DNA of 24,863 nt from a bacterium. GTDB taxonomy: Bacteria; JAMCPX01. The number at the start of each line of letters is the position of its first letter. Position 1 is the first letter of the stretch. Where the stretch lies: NCBI GenBank assembly GCA_037439545.1, contig JBBIVV010000035.1:1-24863 (forward strand), in the 5' to 3' direction. A program made the translations under genes and the position numbers. The notes beneath the pieces were generated by a model. The model saw nothing but the letters and a program-made list of their open reading frames with translations. It was not told the DNA's origin and searched no databases. Of this stretch, positions 1 to 8,084 are shown one piece after another.

Positions 1-536
1 GAAGCTATTGTCCATGTGCACGTTACCGACAAGCTGTTCGGATCTGTTACTGTTGCGTTTAACGTCACAGGCGTTGCATAGCCGACATTCAGTTTGTTTG
101 AAAGGCCTGAGATCAACGGAGACTGATAAGGTCCGTGGACCAACAGTACCTGAGTTGTTGAGGTTACCCCTGCAACGACAGGTATTACCGATGATGTGAA
201 CTGGTTATACCCGGACATGCTCACGACAGCCTGATATGAACCTATCGGGACATTCGTGAACGAAAAATTACCGTTTGCATCGGTCGTTGCGTTCGGTGAA
301 ACCGCGGGGTTCACCGCCACAGCAGCACCTACGATAGGTGCCTGTGACACGCTGTCAACGACGGTCCCTGAAATATTCCCGATACTTAAGCCCGGTGTGC
401 CATTCGTGCCGTTGGTACCGTTCGTACCATTGGCTCCTGCAGCTCCATTGCTTCCACTACTGCCGCTGCAGCCTATTGCCAAAATACTTGCAAGACTTAA
501 CACAGTTGCGAGTTTAATTAATTTTTTAAAACTCAT
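1..536 (-). CDS. Partial (runs off window) lipoprotein with collagen-like G-X-Y repeat, carboxypeptidase-regulatory-like domain and start of an Ig/PKD-like domain
   Basis: Manual translation from ATG at 536 (AGGAGG at 541-546): MSFKKLIKLATVLSLASILAIG-C23-SGSSGSNGAAGANGTNGTNGTNGTPGLSIGNISGTVVDSVSQAPIVGAAV...ATTDANGNFSFTNVPIGSYQAVVSMSGY...PVTLNATVTDPNSLSVTCTWT; no stop to position 1; lipobox AIGC. Confidence 0.85.
   Translation of the reverse strand, partial: MSFKKLIKLATVLSLASILAIGCSGSSGSNGAAGANGTNGTNGTNGTPGLSIGNISGTVVDSVSQAPIVGAAVAVNPAVSPNATTDANGNFSFTNVPIGSYQAVVSMSGYNQFTSSVIPVVAGVTSTTQVLLVHGPYQSPLISGLSNKLNVGYATPVTLNATVTDPNSLSVTCTWTIA
390..464 (-). repeat. Imperfect 9-bp tandem repeat encoding collagen-like (G-X-Y)x8
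   Basis: + strand units gtgccattc/gtgccgttg/gtaccgttc/gtaccattg/gctcctgca/gctccattg; Gly at every third codon from 464 to 392. Confidence 0.85.
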
Positions 537-569
537 ATAACCTCCTTAAATGGTTTTGTTCATTTAAAG

Positions 570-586
570 AGCAAATCCTATACCCG
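570..586 (-). promoter_or_regulatory. Putative sigma54 (-24/-12) promoter of the lipoprotein gene
   Basis: Minus strand cgGGTATAGGATTTGCT = GG-N10-GC with TTGCT, about 35 bp upstream of the ATG. Confidence 0.6.
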
Positions 587-670
587 TTTTTAGATAGTAA
601 TGTGTTTCTGCAACCTATTGTTTTTACTGTAAAATAATACTTTCTGTTTTTCTTATTTTAAGCAAAGTGG

Positions 671-706
671 TGGGTGAAAACACGCACTGCTGGGTAAAAA
701 CACCCA
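671..706. promoter_or_regulatory. Tandem palindromic sites, putative enhancer-binding-protein UAS
   Basis: TGGGTGAAAACACGCA (671-686) and TGGGTAAAAACACCCA (691-706); TGGGT-N6-ACCCA dyad with 20-bp period, about 90-120 bp upstream of the -24 element. Confidence 0.65.
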
Positions 707-713
707 ATTCATC

Positions 714-2369
714 TTACTCGTCCATCTGAAAGTACTGCTTGAGCCTTTTTCGTATGGGTTGTGGAATCGGTACATCGAGATCAATAAGCCTCGACTCATA
801 TTTTTTGAACGATTCAAAATGCCTCGATGTCCTCACAAGCGTATTGATTACCTCTCTCATGGAAGCTTCCATCTCTTTCCTGTAATTCTCTTTACTCTCG
901 AGCAATGCCTCATAGCCTCTTATGACCCTATGATGCACGGGTCTGCATATAGCTCTATAGAATATAAACCTGCCGGTAACAGATGATTGAAAATCTTCTT
1001 CCGCAATGGCCTTCGCGACATCCTTGAGATTTATGGCATCCACAATTTCGACCTGATATTGATCACTGCCGAGTTCCTTCAATATACGGCTGAATTTTTC
1101 AATCCGGCCTTCGATGTTCTTGTCTGCATCACCCTCAGAAGGCTTATCGATGTAGTAAACGACGATATCGATGTCTGAGCCCTTCTCGGCCATGCCAAAG
1201 AGCGTAGACCCGACAAGATCAAATGCGATGGGTTGTCCTTTTTCCTCCATGGTGAGCGCTACTTTTTTAAGAAATTTAATCCTTTCATTTGTTTCTGTCG
1301 ATTCGTAATGCCTGAAAAAATGTTTTACGGCGTTGAAAAGTTTGATCTCTTCGACATGTGAAACAGGCGTGGGCTTCGACAGCTCATCGTGTTTGTTTTC
1401 TTTGAGCCCTTTGTATCTCGCCTCATCGATGACGATGACCTTGAGGCCGCCATGGTCAGGCAGGTAATCCACTATGTCATAAGGCCTGTATTCCTCAACG
1501 CGCTTCAGAATGACCTTCTGTACGGTTCTGTCCTCGATGGTTACCTTTGCATAATATCCGCCTTCCATAAATTTGCCGTCGACTGTCTCAACTGCTCCGA
1601 AATTTGACGGGTTAGTAAAGAAGGTGCCATTGGAATACGCACATCCGAAATCTTCATGCACATGACCGCTCAGGACAACGAGGGGCTTAATCTCGTCGAT
1701 AGCTTTTTCAAGCCCCCGGCTGCCGATGGATCCGAACGACGCTATATGATCAAAATGCCCATACGGGGGCTGGTGGCAGACAATGATATCGGGCCTTTCT
1801 TTTGTCAAGAATTCGTATGGTTCGGAGAAGTCCTTGGTTTCAATAAATCTTACCATACCTTCCTCCGGTATGCCTGCTGTCCTTATATTAGCGCCGCCGT
1901 AACCTGCTATCCGCAGCCCTCCGATCTCGACTACCTTTTTATGGATCTGCCGATGGCCCAATACCGTAGGAGACAGGTCCATATCGTAATTTCCCGGCAG
2001 CACGATGACCGGTGCCTTTCTTATCATGGAAAACAGATTTTCCATCATTCTGTATTTTTCACTCATTACTTTCAGTGCCCTTTCCGATAATCTCAGGTAT
2101 TCCTCTGCCTGCCTTTTGAGATCGTCGGAAGGGCCCTTATTCAGAAGCGTACGTACATAGTCTTCGATGATCATACCGGGTGCGTCTTTCTGTCTCATCA
2201 GATGAAAGGAGTCCTGCAGTTCGAGAAACCTCATTCCTGTATTCGGTGAATAGAATGGCGAATATATCAAATCACCGCTTATTATGTAGAGATCTGCAAA
2301 AGTGACTTCCAGCAGCTTTTCGACATGCGCCCGTGCCCCGTGTACATCGGTAATGTAAATGATCTCCAT
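714..2369 (-). CDS. Calcineurin-like metallophosphoesterase fused to a C-terminal Pol-beta-superfamily nucleotidyltransferase domain
   Basis: Phosphoesterase motifs TDVHG, SGDLI, PGNYD, CHQPP, SGHVHE; NTase motif G387-S-TLFGMAEKGS-D399-I-D401 and candidate third Asp in VEIVD. Confidence 0.85.
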   Translation of the reverse strand: MEIIYITDVHGARAHVEKLLEVTFADLYIISGDLIYSPFYSPNTGMRFLELQDSFHLMRQKDAPGMIIEDYVRTLLNKGPSDDLKRQAEEYLRLSERALKVMSEKYRMMENLFSMIRKAPVIVLPGNYDMDLSPTVLGHRQIHKKVVEIGGLRIAGYGGANIRTAGIPEEGMVRFIETKDFSEPYEFLTKERPDIIVCHQPPYGHFDHIASFGSIGSRGLEKAIDEIKPLVVLSGHVHEDFGCAYSNGTFFTNPSNFGAVETVDGKFMEGGYYAKVTIEDRTVQKVILKRVEEYRPYDIVDYLPDHGGLKVIVIDEARYKGLKENKHDELSKPTPVSHVEEIKLFNAVKHFFRHYESTETNERIKFLKKVALTMEEKGQPIAFDLVGSTLFGMAEKGSDIDIVVYYIDKPSEGDADKNIEGRIEKFSRILKELGSDQYQVEIVDAINLKDVAKAIAEEDFQSSVTGRFIFYRAICRPVHHRVIRGYEALLESKENYRKEMEASMREVINTLVRTSRHFESFKKYESRLIDLDVPIPQPIRKRLKQYFQMDE

Positions 2370-2376
2370 AACTCGT

Positions 2377-5076
2377 TTATACCGGTGCCCTGAATAGTTC
2401 CATGATATTTTCCCTTGAAAGTTTTTTGATAAGAACGTCGTCGCTCTTTATTATACTGTTCATCAATGAAGCTTTTTCCTTTATAAGATTGTCGATCTTC
2501 TCCTCGAGCGTACCTCTTGTTATAAGTTTAAATACCTGAACGCCTTTTCTCTGGCCTATCCTGTGAACACGATCCGTAGCCTGGTCTTCCCGTGCTGCAT
2601 TCCACCACCGGTCATAGTGAATGACGACAGAAGCTGAGGTAAGGTCTATTCCAAGACCGCCTGCCATCAGGCTCCCGACAAATACCCTGCAATGTGAATC
2701 CTTCTGGAACCGACTTATCACCTCTGCCCGCTTTCGCGTCGAACCCCGCAATGATGCAAATGCCATCTTTTTTGACTTCAGCCACTTCTCTATAAGGTCA
2801 AGCATTTCAAGATACTGGCTGAACACAACGATCTTTTCTCCCGAGTCCGCCGCCTCTTCTACCAGTGTCTTGAACAGATCAAATTTGCCGGAGGTTTGAC
2901 TTTTTTCATGCCCGTCCATAATCAGCGCCGGATGATCGCACAGACGCTTGAGCTTCGTTATAAGAGAAAATATATGCATATACTCGATGGGCTTCGTTTC
3001 ATCGCTGAGTGTCCTCAACAATTCACTCCCCTGAGTATTGATAAGGTGTTTATACAGGGACACCTGGTGCGGCGTAAGAGAACAATACCTGACATCCTCG
3101 AGTTTCCGGGGCAGTTCCTTAAGCACATCTGCCTTCAGTCTCCTGAGTTTAAACGGGTTTATGATCCTTTTGAGCGTTTCTTTTCTGTCCTCATCGTTAT
3201 ATTTCTCTATCGGGAGTTCATACTCTTTTACAAATCCGTCAAGCGGGCCGAGATAGCCGGGCATGAGGAAATCGAATATTGACCATAATTCCGTAAGTCT
3301 GTTTTCTATGGGTGTTCCTGTCAGAGCGAGCCTATGCCTCGCAAGAAGTGATTTTGCAGCCCGGTATGCCTTGGTCGTATGGTTCTTAATCTTTTGTGCC
3401 TCATCCAGTATGACATACTCCCACTGCCGGTCTGCTATCTTCCCGATGTCCAACGACATGACCGCATAGGTGGTAAGCACTATATGGTATTGGCCGCTGT
3501 CCTGCAATGAACGGTTTTTGTCATGATACTTGTTTACCTTAATCCACGGCAGGTATTCGTGCAGTTTGTACTCCCAGTGATCGATCACCGACGTCGGAGC
3601 TACGACAAGGGATGGCGTCGTATTACCGTTTTTATAAACAGAGGATAGAACTGCCATGGTCTGGTGCGTCTTGCCGAGTCCCATCTCATCGGCGAGTATA
3701 CCGTTCAACTGGTTTGTATAAAGAAACCATAACCAGTTATAGCCTGTTTTCTGATAATCTCTCAGTGTACCATTCATGTTATCAATCGTCGGCGCTGGTG
3801 CAGGATCAACTACCCGGTTCAATTCCGTATAAAACTTACCGATCTGTTCCGGCTCTTCTATACTGATAGTATCATTTATTTCCGACCTGAGCCTTGCATA
3901 AGCAATTTTTGAAATTTTTATCTTCTTGTCGTCTGTCAGCGTACCTATTTTCGACCATACTTTGATGGTATTTTCAGGCACATAGACCCAGTTATTGTTG
4001 TTCCTGACAAAACCGCTTTCGTCCCTTGACCTGATAAGCTCTTCAAGACTCAGGTCTACGCCGGCAACGTCGTAATACGGTGCAAGATAAAGCCACTCAC
4101 CCTCACCTTCAACCTTTATCCGCCCGATTTCCGGCGAGGATATGATATGAGTGGTCTTCACGCGTTCGGATGGTTTAAACCTTTTTTCATGTTCTACTGC
4201 AGGCATGCTGTAGGTAAAAAAATCAATAATCTCCGTCCCTTTGTAAACAAGCGGCTTGTCACCGTCGAAGTACGGCTTTATTGTTTCGGGCATATCTTCT
4301 ATGGTCGAATATGCGTTATCATACCAAAACCATCTGCCGTTTATAACATGCTGTTTCGCCTGCTCGAGATCCATGAAAACCTGGGTGTTATCGTGCATCT
4401 TTATGCTGTATCCCGGAGTAAGCATCAGCCTGTTATCTCCGTCATAGTCTGCCTTCAACTCATACGTAACGAGCTGCTTGTTCAATCTGACTCCGGCCGC
4501 CTTATCAGACCATTCTACTCCCTGAAGTGCCCTTATTTGCTCGTAAAGCATGGGGCTTTCAATCGCAGGGATTATCAGCTTGGCTTTTCTGTCGTTTGTT
4601 TTTGAACGAAGGGTTATCTCGAGCTGAGGCCCGCTGCCCGTAAGATCGACATACATGCCCATTTTTTCAAACGATGAGAACCATGATGAGAATATGCTGT
4701 AAAAAGGGTTTTCAGAATTTATAATAGTATCCGGATAACTTGATCCCGGCTTACGAAAGTGCATGAAGTCATCCTTATCCCTCTGATGAATCCAGATAAG
4801 CAGCACGGCAACAATGTGCTTGCATACCCACCCCCATCGTGCTGCATAAGGACAGGTGCAGGTCATATGCGATATATGGCGGTCTGTCTCGACAACCTGA
4901 ACCTGATACGGATGGCTGTTGTTGCCCTGAACGGATGCGGTCAGAGTATGGCGGTTATGGCTCAAGGATAAGACAGAGTTATGTTTGAAATAACCATATC
5001 CCCTCTGCCATATTTCACGGGTCACAACCTCTTTAATATGTTCTTGTTTTATAGTTTCAAGTGTAGCAGCAATCAT
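2377..5076 (-). CDS. SWIM zinc finger plus SNF2-family helicase/ATPase
   Basis: CTCPY...CKHIVAVL (SWIM); LRDYQ, GILADEMGLGKT, VAPTS, LDEAQ, LTGTPIEN, GGLGIDL, QATDRVHRIGQ. Confidence 0.95.
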   Translation of the reverse strand: MIAATLETIKQEHIKEVVTREIWQRGYGYFKHNSVLSLSHNRHTLTASVQGNNSHPYQVQVVETDRHISHMTCTCPYAARWGWVCKHIVAVLLIWIHQRDKDDFMHFRKPGSSYPDTIINSENPFYSIFSSWFSSFEKMGMYVDLTGSGPQLEITLRSKTNDRKAKLIIPAIESPMLYEQIRALQGVEWSDKAAGVRLNKQLVTYELKADYDGDNRLMLTPGYSIKMHDNTQVFMDLEQAKQHVINGRWFWYDNAYSTIEDMPETIKPYFDGDKPLVYKGTEIIDFFTYSMPAVEHEKRFKPSERVKTTHIISSPEIGRIKVEGEGEWLYLAPYYDVAGVDLSLEELIRSRDESGFVRNNNNWVYVPENTIKVWSKIGTLTDDKKIKISKIAYARLRSEINDTISIEEPEQIGKFYTELNRVVDPAPAPTIDNMNGTLRDYQKTGYNWLWFLYTNQLNGILADEMGLGKTHQTMAVLSSVYKNGNTTPSLVVAPTSVIDHWEYKLHEYLPWIKVNKYHDKNRSLQDSGQYHIVLTTYAVMSLDIGKIADRQWEYVILDEAQKIKNHTTKAYRAAKSLLARHRLALTGTPIENRLTELWSIFDFLMPGYLGPLDGFVKEYELPIEKYNDEDRKETLKRIINPFKLRRLKADVLKELPRKLEDVRYCSLTPHQVSLYKHLINTQGSELLRTLSDETKPIEYMHIFSLITKLKRLCDHPALIMDGHEKSQTSGKFDLFKTLVEEAADSGEKIVVFSQYLEMLDLIEKWLKSKKMAFASLRGSTRKRAEVISRFQKDSHCRVFVGSLMAGGLGIDLTSASVVIHYDRWWNAAREDQATDRVHRIGQRKGVQVFKLITRGTLEEKIDNLIKEKASLMNSIIKSDDVLIKKLSRENIMELFRAPV

Positions 5077-5081
5077 ATCAA

Positions 5082-5116
5082 ATTATACATTTTACCATGA
5101 AAATTATGGATGTCAA
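5082..5116 (-). promoter_or_regulatory. Putative sigma70 promoter of the SNF2-phosphoesterase/NTase operon
   Basis: Minus strand TTGACA (5116-5111), 16-bp spacer, TAAAAT (5094-5089) with extended TG; second TATAAT at 5087-5082, 5 nt before the ATG; no SD. Confidence 0.55.
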
Positions 5117-5150
5117 ATGCTATAATCTGAAAATGCAGTGTGTATGCAGG

Positions 5151-6431
5151 CTAATCCTGTCCTGCAGGTTTCAAATAAGCAGGCAGTTTTTCAATGGCAT
5201 CGAGTACGACATAGGGTTTTGTCATTGAAAGATCGTAAAACGGCGTGGGACCTGTCGAAACCCCTATAAACCCAATCCCTGCATTGCCGGCTGTTTGACT
5301 GTCGACAAGAGAATCACCTACATAAACGACCTCTTCTTTTTTCAGCCCGAGCTCAGCAACTAACTTATCAATCGTATCGGGATGCGGCTTGTTCCTGAAA
5401 CCATCGCCGATACCGATAACGCATTTGAAATATTTTCCTATGCCGAGGTGGTCAAGCAGGTTACGGGAATACTTTCCGAGTTTATTGGTCGAGACCGCCA
5501 TAAGGAATCCTTCGCAGTATAGCTTCTCGACCACCTGTTCCACTCCCTTGAGCAGGGTCGTTTTATCAAGGTAAATCTGCTCATAATGAGAACGAAACAG
5601 CGTAACCGCATAATCCGGATCAGTAATTCCATCACAATGTGCCATAATATCCTCGAGCGGCAAGCCGATGGTCTTTAATACATCCTCGTATGAATACTCC
5701 GGCAGACCGAGGCTTCTCATGGCATAGTTAAAACTTTCATATATCGCCGAAAAAGAATTTATGAGCGTTCCGTCCAGATCGAATATAATGCCCTTGAATG
5801 ATCTCTCGAGCATTTTGACGACATCTCCGTAGTCATTATACCAGAGTGACGGTATGCTGCTCTCGTTGCAGTATGATTTCAAAGTCGAGCGTGCGAATAC
5901 TATATCGGCCTCAGGCACGGCATCGATATCAGAATATCCGTTGCCGATATAGATGATCCTGTCAAAATAAGGCTTAAACGCCTTCATAATCCTCTTCTTG
6001 CATACGCCGGAGAAAATGCAATCATCTCCCTGAAAGGGAAAATCTATGTCAATACCGTTTCCTCTGTCCCTGATAGTGTTGGCAAATATGCATATCGGGT
6101 CATTTACTCCATTTTTCCCGAGCGTTGCCTCGATAAGAAGATCAAAACCATCGCTCACAATGATATGCGGGATGTCTCTTTCGCCAATAAACCTCAGAAA
6201 CGGGATAAAATGCTCATCTATCACAGCCTGCTCCACATAGAAATCCCTGATAGCTTCGAAGGACACCCCATCATGGCACAAGAGCCTCCTGTACAAGTCA
6301 GGCGCACTGAGCTTATTGGCCATGAGTTTTTCTTTCAAATCAGGATAGGTGTCGATTATCCTTGCAAACTCTGCCCCGAGGTCTTTTTTATTAATTGTAC
6401 CGTCAAAATCGCTCACTATAAGTATTTTCAT
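5151..6431 (-). CDS. Tandem HAD phosphatase: MtnX-like domain plus phosphoglycolate-phosphatase (Gph)-like domain
   Basis: Likely start MKILIVSDFDGT at 6431 (GGAG upstream); domain 1 DFDGT, VSDG, CIFSGVCK, IGNGYSD; domain 2 FDLDGTL, STNK, KPHP, VGDSLVD. Confidence 0.85.
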   Translation of the reverse strand: MKILIVSDFDGTINKKDLGAEFARIIDTYPDLKEKLMANKLSAPDLYRRLLCHDGVSFEAIRDFYVEQAVIDEHFIPFLRFIGERDIPHIIVSDGFDLLIEATLGKNGVNDPICIFANTIRDRGNGIDIDFPFQGDDCIFSGVCKKRIMKAFKPYFDRIIYIGNGYSDIDAVPEADIVFARSTLKSYCNESSIPSLWYNDYGDVVKMLERSFKGIIFDLDGTLINSFSAIYESFNYAMRSLGLPEYSYEDVLKTIGLPLEDIMAHCDGITDPDYAVTLFRSHYEQIYLDKTTLLKGVEQVVEKLYCEGFLMAVSTNKLGKYSRNLLDHLGIGKYFKCVIGIGDGFRNKPHPDTIDKLVAELGLKKEEVVYVGDSLVDSQTAGNAGIGFIGVSTGPTPFYDLSMTKPYVVLDAIEKLPAYLKPAGQD

Positions 6432-6580
6432 GCCGTCTCCGTTCTTCAATAAAGCACATAAAAACTGTTTCAAGCAAATAATAATTGAGGCGCATGGACA
6501 AACCATGCCCTCTATGTTTATATAGTACTATATTTTTTCTTTACACCGTAGAGTGCAGAGTTCTCTGACGGGGTTTACAT

Positions 6581-6596
6581 TGGCATATTTACTGCA
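6581..6596 (+). promoter_or_regulatory. Putative sigma54 promoter of the multiheme cytochrome
   Basis: TGGCATATTTACTGCA = TGGCA..GG-N10-GC, 57 bp before the ATG; AAGGAG RBS follows. Confidence 0.7.
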
Positions 6597-6653
6597 TATA
6601 ATTTTAGGGCTAATTTTGATTTTTCTCAAAACAATTTAAGGAGACTATCGAGC

Positions 6654-8042
6654 ATGGTAAAAGATAAAGCGAATGAACATAAAGGGTTTATAAGAGCACA
6701 CAAGATTCTCGCGGTTCTTGGCGGTGTTTTACTTCTATCCATTATTATATTTTTTGGATTTGTGAGATACAGTGAAAGCCCGAACTTCTGTAAAAGCTGT
6801 CACATCATGGACCCTTATTATAGTGCATGGAAAAATTCAGCCCATAATTTTGTCCCCTGTGTCGAATGCCATTACCCGCCTGCAACGAGCCTGAAAACTG
6901 CGGCATGGCACAAGATCCAGAACTTCTCCATGGTCGTCAGGTACTTTACCAGGACGTATGATCCGAGACCATTTGCAGACATCCCTGATGCAAGCTGTAT
7001 GCGGGTCGGATGTCATTCCACGAGGCTGCTGGTAGGCAGCGTCGTAACACCGAAAGGTGTTGCATTCAATCATGAACCGCATATGGAAATGATAAAGGAC
7101 ATAAAGCTGAGATGTACAAGCTGCCATTCCCAGATCGTTGTCGGGAGGCATATAGAGGTTACCTATGAAACATGCTTTTTATGTCATTTTTCTTCGAATG
7201 ATACCACTTCGAACAATAAGGCCGTCAACAACTGTTTACAATGTCATCAGATCCCGAGAAAGACGCTCACGGTCAATGGCATTACCTACAATCACGTCGA
7301 TTTTGTCGAGAATAACCCGAACATAAAATGCATAGATTGTCATCTCGATGTAATAGAGGGCACAGGGGCCGTTCCCAAAGAGCGCTGCTATGCCTGTCAT
7401 AACATACCGTCAAGATTCAGTTATTATACGGATACGACGTTTATCCATGAATGGCATGTAACAAAACACAAAATTGCATGCACCCTTTGTCATCTTGAAA
7501 TAAAACACGGTCTGAAAACGTCCGTCCAGCCGCTCGAATACGCAAGCAACTGCACGATATGCCACAGTAAGAACATGCACACTGCACAGGAAGATATGTA
7601 CATGGGAACAGGCGGCATCGGAGTAAAGGGATCAGCAAGTCCTATGTTCAAGGCAAACGTCAAATGTACCGGCTGCCATAAAGTGGCCACACAGAACGCA
7701 CTCAATGCGAAGCTTTTCGGACAAACCTACATCGGCGGAGTCATAGGGTGCAAAACATGTCATGGAAAAGCGTATGAAGATATCTATAAGATGTGGAAAG
7801 ATAATCTAAAATCCATGATAGCCGATGCCGATAAAAAGCATGCCGGGGCAAAGAGTCTGATGAAAGAATCAAAGAAAGATAATCCTGATTATCAGAAGGC
7901 AATAATGATTTACGATAAAGCGAGTTACAACCTGTTATTCGTAAAAACAGCAAGAGGTATACATAACATAGATTACGCTTCAAGCCTTCTCGACAGCGCA
8001 AGCTCAGGATTTGACGAGGTCGTGAAACTGCTGAAAAAATAG
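6654..8042 (+). CDS. Membrane-anchored multiheme c-type cytochrome with NapC/NirT/NrfH-like N-terminus, about 12 hemes
   Basis: N-terminal TM helix; 11 CxxCH plus one CX4CH (CMRVGCH); first motif CKSCHIM (CxxCHxM); helical C-terminus with GIHN. Confidence 0.92.
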   Translation: MVKDKANEHKGFIRAHKILAVLGGVLLLSIIIFFGFVRYSESPNFCKSCHIMDPYYSAWKNSAHNFVPCVECHYPPATSLKTAAWHKIQNFSMVVRYFTRTYDPRPFADIPDASCMRVGCHSTRLLVGSVVTPKGVAFNHEPHMEMIKDIKLRCTSCHSQIVVGRHIEVTYETCFLCHFSSNDTTSNNKAVNNCLQCHQIPRKTLTVNGITYNHVDFVENNPNIKCIDCHLDVIEGTGAVPKERCYACHNIPSRFSYYTDTTFIHEWHVTKHKIACTLCHLEIKHGLKTSVQPLEYASNCTICHSKNMHTAQEDMYMGTGGIGVKGSASPMFKANVKCTGCHKVATQNALNAKLFGQTYIGGVIGCKTCHGKAYEDIYKMWKDNLKSMIADADKKHAGAKSLMKESKKDNPDYQKAIMIYDKASYNLLFVKTARGIHNIDYASSLLDSASSGFDEVVKLLKK

Positions 8043-8084
8043 TTTTGCTTGCAAATCAATGCATACGCGTGATATTTATCTTTC

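Noticed and set aside
8..540. Plus-strand ORFs 8-199 and 256-540 (PFVPLVPFVP repeat)
   Set aside because: Antisense shadows of the minus-strand lipoprotein, which has an RBS, lipobox and recognisable domains
714..5076. Calling the NTase/SNF2 pair a CBASS or other known defence system
   Set aside because: No Cap effector, E1/E2/JAB, HEPN or methylase neighbours, and the NTase is minimal-type by motif only
6432..6506. 25-aa N-terminal extension of the HAD fusion
   Set aside because: The HAD motif begins right after ATG 6431, which has a GGAG RBS
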